Source: a virus
Lineage: Duplodnaviria > Caudoviricetes
Strand: one strand, 5' to 3'
Length of the DNA: 64,000 nt
Virus record (IMG/VR): IMGVR_UViG_3300037067_018912
Span: 96,001-160,000 of that record
Both the position numbers and the translations under genes were made by a program. Shown piece by piece: positions 48,767 to 58,508 of this stretch. Within the stretch, counting starts at the first letter, position 1. Each line of letters starts with the position of its first letter. The notes beneath the pieces are model-generated. The model saw only the letters and a program-made list of their open reading frames with translations. It did not search any database and was not told the origin of the DNA.

Positions 48767-49693
48767 TTATTTTTGCTTGTTCACGGCCTCTATAATCTTG
48801 TTGATATCGAAAACATTCACCGTATCGAAAGGAAATTGCTGAATTTGCCCTGAGATATCAAATTGTTCAAGGTAACTGAATTTATTCAATTCCCTGACAT
48901 AATTGGCGTTCGGAGTAACATTGATATGTTCGGGATATCCAAACACCTCCGGCTTGTTACCGATCCACACAACCGTGCTTTGAAGATCGAGAGCCGCTGC
49001 CACGTGTTGGGAAAAAGAATCAATAAAAAGTCTCTTCTGTGATAATGGAAAAACGGCATATAATTCCCTAAACGGTAAACTGATGGCTTCAACACCCTGC
49101 AAAACGGGTTGCTCCGGTGCTTTAATATGTAAAATCCTATAAGACTTGGCGAAATAATTGACGAGTTTCTGTGCAATTTCGATTGGCATGTCCCTGAACC
49201 ACGATTTCTTCGAATACTGTCCCGTCGGAGAACCCCCATGCGTTTGTAACAGCATGATCGGCCTGTTGTCAGGTTTTATCTTATCCCTTGCAATCTCAAT
49301 TTCACGGGGATTAAGATAAATCTTGGGTTTATATCCATCATAAGGAATGCCGAACATATCACACCAGGTCTGTGTCAAATGTTTGCGTTGAAGGATATGG
49401 TCTTCGCTGTGATATGGTTCGAACCTGAATATCTTGGTGTCGGGTTTGATAAAGTCTGAAAAGAAGTACTGCATTTGTCCGAAAGTGTAGAAACGCCATA
49501 CGTCGGGATTGTAGAAGAACGGACCATCCCAAGCCGTTACCACAACCAATTTTCTATCAGGATATGCTTTCTTTATCGCCCGGCAGACGGCGGTCGCCAT
49601 CACTTGCTTACCATGTCCACCTTCGGTATGAAAAATTATGTATTTGTCATTGTCATTGATCTTGTCATCGGGGATTCTTACCTCATTTGCCAT
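48767..49693 (-). CDS. Glycosyltransferase, GT9/heptosyltransferase-like GT-B fold
   Basis: EGGHGKQVMATAVCRAIKKAYPDRKL...FYNPDV; FIDSFSQHVAAAL...VVW......FGY. Confidence 0.7.
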   Translation of the reverse strand: MANEVRIPDDKINDNDKYIIFHTEGGHGKQVMATAVCRAIKKAYPDRKLVVVTAWDGPFFYNPDVWRFYTFGQMQYFFSDFIKPDTKIFRFEPYHSEDHILQRKHLTQTWCDMFGIPYDGYKPKIYLNPREIEIARDKIKPDNRPIMLLQTHGGSPTGQYSKKSWFRDMPIEIAQKLVNYFAKSYRILHIKAPEQPVLQGVEAISLPFRELYAVFPLSQKRLFIDSFSQHVAAALDLQSTVVWIGNKPEVFGYPEHINVTPNANYVRELNKFSYLEQFDISGQIQQFPFDTVNVFDINKIIEAVNKQK

Positions 49694-49769
49694 AACATGA
49701 AAATTTTAATTATAAATTTTTATATTTTTTTATAAATACTGTAATAATCTCAAAAATCGGGGTTTGTTG

Positions 49770-49805
49770 AAAAAAAAACGGGAGATTTTTTGTCCCCCGT
49801 TTTTT
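49770..49805 (-). terminator. Rho-independent terminator, possibly bidirectional
   Basis: A-run, then CGGGAGA...TCCCCCG, then T-run, between 49841..52807 and the GT gene. Confidence 0.6.
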
Positions 49806-49840
49806 CTCGCCATTTTCTCGCCAATTTGGCGATATCATGA

Positions 49841-52807
49841 TTAGTTGATGAATGCCAAACTATACCATGCGCCTCCACTGTACATCAGTTCGAGTGCACC
49901 ATAATTTGTGTTGATCAAAGCATTCGCAGCACCGTCTATCGTGCCCACGATCGAAATATTCGTAGTCAACGCCGTTCCGGCGGCATCCTTGATCTTAAAC
50001 ACTTGACCATCTTGTGCAGGACTCGGCAATGTGATTGTTGCGGGTGCTGTAGCCAAAACGACGTATGAACTTCCGGTTAACAAGGCCACCGTCCCAGTAA
50101 CTGCAGTGTAAGAGTAAATATTGTTATGATCACCAAGAACACTGCCCGCAACCACTTGAATTTGACCCGTGGAATCCCTTACAAGCACTGAATCCGCAGT
50201 CGATCCGGCTGGTGGTACTTGTGTCAATACTATCGACGGACTGTTGAGGTTTATCGCCGAAGTTCCAGTCATGCTCAACGTCGTCACATTGAAGTTCAAT
50301 GCTTGTGCACCACTGATTGTTGTTGTTTCAGTTATTGTACCACCTAATTTAGCACTATGAGCACCTACTTTGGTAAGTCCGTTTGTTACTCCTGTTATTG
50401 CAACAGCAACAATTGCTTGTGTTGCACCTGACCAAACAGCCAAATTATTCACATCGGCTTCAAGGTCATCGATTGCAGTTTGAGTTGTTCCAGACCAAAC
50501 AGCCAAGTTATTCACATCGGCTTCAAGGTCATCGATCGCAGTCTGTGTAGTACCCGACCAAACTGCAAGGTTATATACGTCAGCCTCAAGATCATCAATA
50601 GCAGTCTGTGTAGTACCCGACCAAACAGCCAAATTATTCACATCGGCTTCAAGATTGTTTAATCTCGTATTTGTCGTACCCGACCAAACAGCCAAATTAT
50701 TAACATCCGCTTCAAGATCGTCGATGCGTATATCCAAATTACTTGTCAATCCCGTTACATATTTCGCACTGACAAGAGAATTCGACACAAATGTTGCACT
50801 ATAATCACCACCATACAGGATACCCCTTTTGTTAGTGATCGCCGTGTCGGTGTATGTCAACGTGCAGGTATCACTACCTGTAATCGTAGTCGCACCCGTC
50901 AAAACGCCGCCCAAAGCAACCTTATTGCCTGATGTTACATGCAAACCACTTTCAGCACCCGTCAGAGCACCAACAGCAGCCGTAATATCGGCACAATTAA
51001 TAACAAGTTGGGTATCGCCCGCATTGTATCTTACCGGAATTGAGGATACAGAACCACCACTAATCACATCTGCATTAAGAACGCCTGCAGAATAAGACAA
51101 ACCGTGACCTGCAATATTTGGATCAACACACAAACCACCCACACCTACAGATAAACCGCAGGAAGTTGGTTCAGCACCACCAAGATTAACACAAACTGTG
51201 TGCAAGCCACCGACCTGTGTTATATCGATACCCGCACCACCCTGCATATCAATAACGGTTGCAAATTCTGTAAACGTTATAGTATCACCACTGTCAATCG
51301 GGTTGGGTGATGTTATAACCCATATCGAGTTGTTTTGTGTAGAACCGCTTGTAACCGGGACAAGGTCACCGTTGGTGATTTCACCAGAAGGAGTCCAATC
51401 CATATCAGTTGAACGTGTCCAAGTTGTTGCAGATGCTGTGTAAATACCGTTTTGTGATGCATCAGTTTGGTTTTTAACCAAAATCCTCATGCCATTCGTG
51501 GTGGTGATTCCATCAATCGTTTCAACACCACTCAAATCAAGGTTCTGACCAACCGTCGTCGCAGCACAAACAGAATTATGCACAACCAGTCCGGTTGCAA
51601 TCGTATCAACATATATTTTGCTTACAAGCGAGTTGTTACAGAAACTATTACTATAATCACCGCCGTATATTATACCGTGGGGTGTCGAACACAAATCAGT
51701 GAATGTCGCACCACTTGATGAGATCGATAAAGAACCCGTCGTCACCGCAGCAGCACCGCTTGCACAAACATTAAGCGCATCCAATTTACTCGCCGCTGTG
51801 CCAAGTGTGAAATCCATACCGCCACCGCAAATCACGGTGTCATCACACAACACACCACCAAGTCCAAGATTATAATCCCCAACATCCGTAATACCGTTCG
51901 TACCACCAGTTATTCCACCAAAAGCCGATAACGAAGTCCGTCCGACTTGGCCTGTGATTGTATCAAAGCAAAGCAGGTTGCCCGTGCCCACCATAGGTGC
52001 GATGTAAGTTACACCAGAAAGGCGAATACCCCCTGTATATCCTGTGATATTAACGGTATTGACATTAAAATTCAACGTCTGTGAACCGTATATCGTGGTT
52101 GTTCCTGTCAATTGGCCACCCAATTGTGCACCATGTGCACCAACTTTGGTAAGACCATTGGTGACATTGGTTATTGCATTGGCAATAATTGGTTGTGACG
52201 CTCCCGACCATGCGACTAAATTGTCGACCCTTGTTTCTGTGATCGCAGACCATGCCTCAAGATTGTCGACCCTTGTTTCCGTTGTCCCCGACCAAACAGC
52301 CAAATTGTTGACATCAGCCTCAAGATTGTTTAATCTCGTATTTGTTGTTCCCGACCAAGCAGCCAAATTATCAACATCCGCTTCAAGAGCATCAATCGCA
52401 TTTTGGGTAGTTCCTGACCATGCAGCCAAGTTGTTGACATCCGCTTCAAGAGCATCAATCGCATTTTGGGTAGTTCCTGACCATGCAGCCAAGTTGTTGA
52501 CATCCGCTTCAAGATTATCGACCCTTGTCTCAGTCGTTGCAGACCAAGTTGAAAGGTTGTCAACCCTTGTCTCGGTTATTGCAGACCATGCTTCAAGGAG
52601 GTCAATTCTTCCATCCAAATTGCCTGTCAATCCTGTGACATATGCCACATCAGGAACGGATCGTGCAACATAAGTGCCGCTTTGATTCGAAGTATATTGC
52701 AACGTACCCACATCATGAATCCGGGTGTCGCCTGACAAAGTCAGTAATCCGCCATCCTGTTGGTAGAATTTGGCGTTAATCAGGTTTAATTTTGTGGTGA
52801 GAGCCAT
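49841..52807 (-). CDS. Fibre protein with two 21-aa-repeat coiled-coil stalks
   Basis: DLEADVNNLA[AV]WSGTTQ.AID repeats (63-bp period) at ~50.43-50.73 kb and ~52.2-52.6 kb; DG......RILVKNQTDASQNGIY...WTRSTD fibre module. Confidence 0.75.
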   Translation of the reverse strand: MALTTKLNLINAKFYQQDGGLLTLSGDTRIHDVGTLQYTSNQSGTYVARSVPDVAYVTGLTGNLDGRIDLLEAWSAITETRVDNLSTWSATTETRVDNLEADVNNLAAWSGTTQNAIDALEADVNNLAAWSGTTQNAIDALEADVDNLAAWSGTTNTRLNNLEADVNNLAVWSGTTETRVDNLEAWSAITETRVDNLVAWSGASQPIIANAITNVTNGLTKVGAHGAQLGGQLTGTTTIYGSQTLNFNVNTVNITGYTGGIRLSGVTYIAPMVGTGNLLCFDTITGQVGRTSLSAFGGITGGTNGITDVGDYNLGLGGVLCDDTVICGGGMDFTLGTAASKLDALNVCASGAAAVTTGSLSISSSGATFTDLCSTPHGIIYGGDYSNSFCNNSLVSKIYVDTIATGLVVHNSVCAATTVGQNLDLSGVETIDGITTTNGMRILVKNQTDASQNGIYTASATTWTRSTDMDWTPSGEITNGDLVPVTSGSTQNNSIWVITSPNPIDSGDTITFTEFATVIDMQGGAGIDITQVGGLHTVCVNLGGAEPTSCGLSVGVGGLCVDPNIAGHGLSYSAGVLNADVISGGSVSSIPVRYNAGDTQLVINCADITAAVGALTGAESGLHVTSGNKVALGGVLTGATTITGSDTCTLTYTDTAITNKRGILYGGDYSATFVSNSLVSAKYVTGLTSNLDIRIDDLEADVNNLAVWSGTTNTRLNNLEADVNNLAVWSGTTQTAIDDLEADVYNLAVWSGTTQTAIDDLEADVNNLAVWSGTTQTAIDDLEADVNNLAVWSGATQAIVAVAITGVTNGLTKVGAHSAKLGGTITETTTISGAQALNFNVTTLSMTGTSAINLNSPSIVLTQVPPAGSTADSVLVRDSTGQIQVVAGSVLGDHNNIYSYTAVTGTVALLTGSSYVVLATAPATITLPSPAQDGQVFKIKDAAGTALTTNISIVGTIDGAANALINTNYGALELMYSGGAWYSLAFIN

Positions 52808-52912
52808 ATGGTTTTTTTATTAATTTGTTTTATTAATTTTTCCGCTTTTATATAAATAGTTCCCGTTATCAATAAATGTTACAACACATTGAAATATTTC
52901 GTATGATTTTCA

Positions 52913-53902
52913 TTAGTTGACAAAGGCAACCGCACTCCAAAAAATGTTATTATATATAAATGTTATTGATCCAAAATTCGTATTAATCATAGCAGTTCCA
53001 TTGTCATTGATGCATTTGCCATTCCCATCAATATAAATCGGATTTGCCAACGCATCGCCGCAAACATCGGTGATTGTAATTCTTTGACCGTTACTTGGTG
53101 AAGCATATAAGTAAATACACTCTGTCACGCCCGAAACCCCGACGAATCCGATTGCTGCACTACTGATCGTATATGGATCAGCATTTGTGAGAACTGTGCA
53201 AACTGTGTTCAATTTACTCTCAACAAAACTCCTTGTGACGAGCGAACGGCTTGTAAAATTCGCCTCGTAATCACCACCATATGTCGCACCTGAAGGTGCT
53301 GTGATGAACATGTTATTGTTAGTGCAATATAACAGATTCCCGCCTTTTGCGCATGTGGTTATCGTGTTGCCCGTTTTATTGATATCGATAAAAGCACCAT
53401 TTGTGGCATTCACTGTTTCCAACGTAACATAATTTGCATCAACACAAGCATAACTATATGATGTGGGTGTACCAACAAAAGATAATATCTTACCTGTCGT
53501 GCCGGAAAGTGTTAATGTCTTTCCGTCAATATTAATAATCGTGTTCCCCGTCAACGTACCTCCAAGAGAAACAGTCGTCCCACTTACACCGACAAGACTC
53601 AAACCATTGGTAGCACCCGTCAATGTTCCTGCACCCGTACCGCCGCCCAATTTAACCCAACTACCTGCTGTTGTATAATTCACTGCATCACACAACCAAT
53701 ACACACCACTGCCAGCACCGGAAGCAACAACGGTCAGCATACCGTCATACAACGCCATACTGCTGCACACGGGACTGAAGCACCATGTCGCCGGAAGAGT
53801 CAGATCGGCATATGTGCAAACCAACTGACGGGCGTCAATAGGAACTGTCGAACCGCCTTCAAAATTTGCCCCGAATATGAATGTACCTTTGTATCTTGAC
53901 AT
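52913..53902 (-). CDS. Virion structural protein, paralogous N-terminus with 53918..55954
   Basis: MSRYKGTF.F.ANFEG....PIDARQ.VCTYADLTLPATW. C-terminal INTN[FY]G.....Y....W..[LV]AF[IV]N is shared with 49841..52807. Confidence 0.65.
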   Translation of the reverse strand: MSRYKGTFIFGANFEGGSTVPIDARQLVCTYADLTLPATWCFSPVCSSMALYDGMLTVVASGAGSGVYWLCDAVNYTTAGSWVKLGGGTGAGTLTGATNGLSLVGVSGTTVSLGGTLTGNTIINIDGKTLTLSGTTGKILSFVGTPTSYSYACVDANYVTLETVNATNGAFIDINKTGNTITTCAKGGNLLYCTNNNMFITAPSGATYGGDYEANFTSRSLVTRSFVESKLNTVCTVLTNADPYTISSAAIGFVGVSGVTECIYLYASPSNGQRITITDVCGDALANPIYIDGNGKCINDNGTAMINTNFGSITFIYNNIFWSAVAFVN

Positions 53903-53917
53903 ATCTTTGTTTTTTTA

Positions 53918-55954
53918 TTAGAATACTAATCTTATGCAAGTGGTTGTCAACCTGCACGCTCCATTGTATGTATACAAGCAATATGGTGCTGAACCACAAC
54001 AAAGCGTCTCTGATGAAACACTTGGTGTCCATGTAGTCAGTGATGCCGCTCCCGAACCACCTTCCCATTCCCATGCCGATGAAAATGTGTTGTATGTGCA
54101 AATACATTTCAATGGATTTCCAGTCCAAGCATTTGGAATCTCAAATCTATCCTTCAACCCACCACTTTCAGCAACCAATATTAATGTAACTGGAGTTGTA
54201 GTCATAGCCACATACGATTGTTTCGTCATTGTGCCAATTGCTGATGTTGTTGCAAATATTGGATACACACCACAAATCGTTTTTGAATCACTTAATGATC
54301 CTGCAGGACAAGCACTATTAAACGGCGTACCGTTTTGTCCCAACGGTTGAACACCAGCACTATAACATACAGTAATTCCCCAAACTTCAGGAGTGCCAAT
54401 TACAACATAACTTGTAACGGGTTGTGATATCGTGCATGCCGATGTTATATAAGTACCCGCCACTTGAGCACCCGTGTACACATAGCAAGTTGCACATCCA
54501 ACCCTTTTATCTGAAGTACTCATGTATTGTGGGTTGATGCAACCTCTATTGAACGTTCCACAAACACTTAAAGATGGTATTGTACAACCAATTTCATAAT
54601 ATGTCGTTGATGCCGCCAATGTCGTCGAGAAAGATGGTGGTGTCAACACCCCACATAATTCAGGCACTAATATTTCCTGCAATATTTGAATTGCTGTTTT
54701 CCCTGTTAATACTGTACCAACACACATACCGCCAGTGGCACAAATGGACGGCGAAGCCAAATCATAAATCTCCGTACCACCACTTGTGAAAATCACAATT
54801 TCATTTCCAACTTTCGATACTGATGTATTACCACTTCCAATAATCGTGTTTAAAATTATGTTATGTCCACTTGTGCCACTGTAAACCGATTCGCCACCAC
54901 CACTATTCGTTACACCAGTAATCGCAACAGCAAGTGTTGCTTGTGTTGCAGCATTAAGTGATATTATATGTGTTCCGGTTATCGTTGTAACCGTAATTCC
55001 AGTTCCGGCGGTAACGTCCTTAACATGATCATATAATGCAAATGTTAATGTCGAACCTGTAATATCGTGTATGTATACAGGATCGGGTGTTATTAAAACC
55101 CATGATGATTGGGCGTTCGTAAGTCCTGTCAAGACCCACATATAACTTCCAGACATAGTTTCACCCGTCGGAATTCCATCAAAGTCTGTCGAACGTGTCC
55201 AAGTTCCACCACTATTAACAACCCAAATACCATTGGTTTGACCGCTCGGTGTTTGATCCTTAATAAGAACCCTATCACCATTTGAAAGCGGAATCCCGTC
55301 AATCGTCGTCAATCCGGAAAAGGGGTATGAAATATTGGTTGTTGTTGCAACACAAACAGCACCCTTGGGTAGCAGTCCGCTTGCTATAGCATCAACATAT
55401 TGTTTGTCGACAAGGGAATATTCGTTGTAAGGATAATGACCTCCATACGTCAATCCACCGCTACTATCCAAACTAACTGTTGATCCGGCATATGATAGTG
55501 TTATTCCTGCAGGTTCTAATATAATTTCTGTGGTACTTCCACTTGTTGAAACATTAAATCCATCAACATTTGAAAGATTAACATCCCATAAACCAACACC
55601 ATTAATTGTCGTATCACCAGTTAAATCGCCACCCAAGGAAACCAATGTTCCATTATTTACAAGGCTTAAACCATTAGTTGCACCCGTTAATGTTCCACTA
55701 CCACTACCTGCTTTTATCCAACTACTTGCATTCGTATAATTTGCTGAATCACATAGCCAATATATACCACTATTAGCACCCGTAGCAACAGAGACAACAG
55801 CACCATCATATAACCAAATACCACTACTGCCACTCCATGTCGCCGGAAGCGTTAAATCAGCATATGTGCAAACCATTTGACGTGCATCGATAGGTGCTTT
55901 TAAAAGACCTTCGAAGTTTGCCGCAAAATTAAATGTACCTTTATTCCTTGACAT
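53918..55954 (-). CDS. Virion structural/fibre protein
   Basis: Same N-terminus as 52913..53902; DRVLIKDQT...NGIW...WTRSTD module; C-terminal half paralogous to 55965..58496. Confidence 0.65.
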   Translation of the reverse strand: MSRNKGTFNFAANFEGLLKAPIDARQMVCTYADLTLPATWSGSSGIWLYDGAVVSVATGANSGIYWLCDSANYTNASSWIKAGSGSGTLTGATNGLSLVNNGTLVSLGGDLTGDTTINGVGLWDVNLSNVDGFNVSTSGSTTEIILEPAGITLSYAGSTVSLDSSGGLTYGGHYPYNEYSLVDKQYVDAIASGLLPKGAVCVATTTNISYPFSGLTTIDGIPLSNGDRVLIKDQTPSGQTNGIWVVNSGGTWTRSTDFDGIPTGETMSGSYMWVLTGLTNAQSSWVLITPDPVYIHDITGSTLTFALYDHVKDVTAGTGITVTTITGTHIISLNAATQATLAVAITGVTNSGGGESVYSGTSGHNIILNTIIGSGNTSVSKVGNEIVIFTSGGTEIYDLASPSICATGGMCVGTVLTGKTAIQILQEILVPELCGVLTPPSFSTTLAASTTYYEIGCTIPSLSVCGTFNRGCINPQYMSTSDKRVGCATCYVYTGAQVAGTYITSACTISQPVTSYVVIGTPEVWGITVCYSAGVQPLGQNGTPFNSACPAGSLSDSKTICGVYPIFATTSAIGTMTKQSYVAMTTTPVTLILVAESGGLKDRFEIPNAWTGNPLKCICTYNTFSSAWEWEGGSGAASLTTWTPSVSSETLCCGSAPYCLYTYNGACRLTTTCIRLVF

Positions 55955-55964
55955 ATTTTATATT

Positions 55965-58496
55965 TTAAAATACCAATCTTATGCATACCGCACTTCTGTC
56001 AGTACTGTTATATGTATATCGGCAGTAACCGATTGAATTTCCTTGCACCGTTTCAGTCACCGGACTTGCTGTCCAAATCGTCAATGAAGTTCCTGCCGAA
56101 CCACCCGGATATTCCCATTGACTTGAAACCGTATTCCATTGACATACTCCAACCAACGGCCTACTTGTCGGAGCACCGAGCCAAGCACATGGAATCTCGA
56201 ATTTCTGTTTATCCGGACTACTATCTGAAACCAAATTAATTTGAATATTATTCGCTGTTGACATATTTTGCAATGTCTGTTTTGTCAATGTAGTAATACC
56301 TACGGTTGTTGCAAACAATGGATACACACCAACAATAGAACCGCTTGCTGCAGATGTACAACCCGAAGGCAGTGCTGCCGAATACTGCGTGCCTTTACTA
56401 CCCAATGCCGGAAATCCTGCATCATATCTTGCACAAACACCCCATGATTGCGTTCCAATAAGAACTATATAACTTGGATTTGTTTGAGATGCTGGCGATG
56501 ATACACATGACTGAAAACCACTTGGCATTCCTGTACCTGTGAAACAATAAGCGTTTACAAAACCGCTCCTGAAAGAAGAAACCGAGCAATATTGGGGACT
56601 TATCGAACCCCTGCTGAATGTTCCTGTAACTGTTTCGGAAACAGTACATCCGATTTCGTAAAGACCCGAAGCACTCAAACCATTGCTTATTGAAGGTGGT
56701 GTTATTGAACCACACAACTCAGGCACTAATAATTCTTCAAATAATTGAAATGAAGTTTTCCCCGTCAATACAGTACCTGAACATATCCCACCAAGGGGTA
56801 TTACTGAAGGAGAACTCAAATTATAAGTCCCGCCTGCACCACCAGTTCCACCACTCGAATAAATGATTATATTGTTGCCCACAGTACTCACAATCGTATT
56901 GCCGCTTCCAACAAGAGTCCTAAATGCAAGCGTATTGCCTGTCATCCCACTAAAAACATGCTGTCCCGTGCCGATGTTTCTACCACCCGTCGCACCCGTT
57001 ATTCCTTGCGCAGTCGTTATGCCAGACAAATAAACAAAATTGTCATCATACGTCACCAAAAGTGAACTCGGACTGTTCGACACTATCGTCCTGAATCGGA
57101 GTTCTTTATATTGTTTATCACTGTAAACCGGACCTCCAAAAACATAAGTGTCACCTGTGTTTAAATTTCCATAAACATCATTGATGGTGGCGTAAGAAAG
57201 GTTGTTATAAACACTTCCAGTGATCCATTCGGTTTGAGTATATGAATTACCCGTATAACCTGTTCCATAATATCTTTGAGTAAATCCAATTGAAGTCTCA
57301 CCAACAAAATTACTGACGTCACCATCAAGGAATATCCACCCAACCTGGCTGAGAGTATCCCCTGTGTATTCATTCCACACCCAAGATTTATGTGTCGGAC
57401 TTGTGATTGGTATTGGTTGCCTCACATATCCACGTCTTAAAACACCGTGGTACGTCGGTGAACCTATTTTAATTTCACCTGTATTATCAATATAATAATA
57501 GTTGTAAAGCGAATTATACGTATGAAGAGTATCTGAATTATACGTATTGGGAACAGTACCCAAAGTTTGAACGTTAAGTCTTTGAATCCCTGTCTTACCG
57601 GAAAAGAACCCAATGTTCGTTGCCCCCGTAACTGCAGCGTCGAGATGTATCTGTGTACTTGCACTGTAATCAAGAAAATCCTGCAAACTAACACCCTCTT
57701 CAGTTCTCGATCTTCCCCAATATTGAAGGACGACCCCCTTACCTGTTTCAGTTGTTACAAGCATCGGTTTCGAAACATCCGTAAGATTCGTTGGTGGAAT
57801 GTGTGATAGTTTACCATCGAAACTCGTATATCCCGTACCAACAAAATTTGGACTGAGATAATAAACCGTGGATGCACTCAATGAATTACCACTGTAATCC
57901 ACCATGCCGTTAGTACTAACATGCCCGGCGAATGTTAAAATAAAAGTATCGCCCGTTACAGTTACAACTCCTAATGGTTCAATCAAAGCAGCCGTTGCTG
58001 AATTAACCCTAACAAAATCATTCCCATCATGTCCAATAACATCACCAAGATCAAAACCATTCGTATTTTGATAGAATTCCTTACTTATCCTTTCGCCAAT
58101 ATCATCATTATCGCCGATGGGAACAATGTGCCAATTGGCATTATCAGTCAACCCACTAACTTTTTGGTAATAAGTGTAGCCATTCCATTCCGCCAAGGTT
58201 ATGTATGTTCCACCACTTGTTTGAGGGTGGAGATGATAATACTCATTTGTCTCCAACACGTGTGCAAGCATTCCAAACCTGCGTTGGCCTATCGAAATAT
58301 CATCATAATTAAGCGGCAGGTTGAGTTGATTCACAGCCAATTCAAATGTTGGTGGAAGGGCATCCCTTTCAGCAAGCGTCTTGAACTCCATATAACCGCC
58401 GACACCAAGAACTGAATGATGAGTGCCGTATGTGTCCCCTGATGAACCCCTCACGATTGGAGAGGCTAACAACGTACCTTTGTAATATTCTGCCAT
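55965..58496 (-). CDS. Virion structural protein
   Basis: C-terminal LVPELCG...GVYP.FATT...FEIP..W...CIRLVF is shared with 53918..55954. Confidence 0.65.
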   Translation of the reverse strand: MAEYYKGTLLASPIVRGSSGDTYGTHHSVLGVGGYMEFKTLAERDALPPTFELAVNQLNLPLNYDDISIGQRRFGMLAHVLETNEYYHLHPQTSGGTYITLAEWNGYTYYQKVSGLTDNANWHIVPIGDNDDIGERISKEFYQNTNGFDLGDVIGHDGNDFVRVNSATAALIEPLGVVTVTGDTFILTFAGHVSTNGMVDYSGNSLSASTVYYLSPNFVGTGYTSFDGKLSHIPPTNLTDVSKPMLVTTETGKGVVLQYWGRSRTEEGVSLQDFLDYSASTQIHLDAAVTGATNIGFFSGKTGIQRLNVQTLGTVPNTYNSDTLHTYNSLYNYYYIDNTGEIKIGSPTYHGVLRRGYVRQPIPITSPTHKSWVWNEYTGDTLSQVGWIFLDGDVSNFVGETSIGFTQRYYGTGYTGNSYTQTEWITGSVYNNLSYATINDVYGNLNTGDTYVFGGPVYSDKQYKELRFRTIVSNSPSSLLVTYDDNFVYLSGITTAQGITGATGGRNIGTGQHVFSGMTGNTLAFRTLVGSGNTIVSTVGNNIIIYSSGGTGGAGGTYNLSSPSVIPLGGICSGTVLTGKTSFQLFEELLVPELCGSITPPSISNGLSASGLYEIGCTVSETVTGTFSRGSISPQYCSVSSFRSGFVNAYCFTGTGMPSGFQSCVSSPASQTNPSYIVLIGTQSWGVCARYDAGFPALGSKGTQYSAALPSGCTSAASGSIVGVYPLFATTVGITTLTKQTLQNMSTANNIQINLVSDSSPDKQKFEIPCAWLGAPTSRPLVGVCQWNTVSSQWEYPGGSAGTSLTIWTASPVTETVQGNSIGYCRYTYNSTDRSAVCIRLVF

Positions 58497-58508
58497 GATT
58501 ATTCTTTA

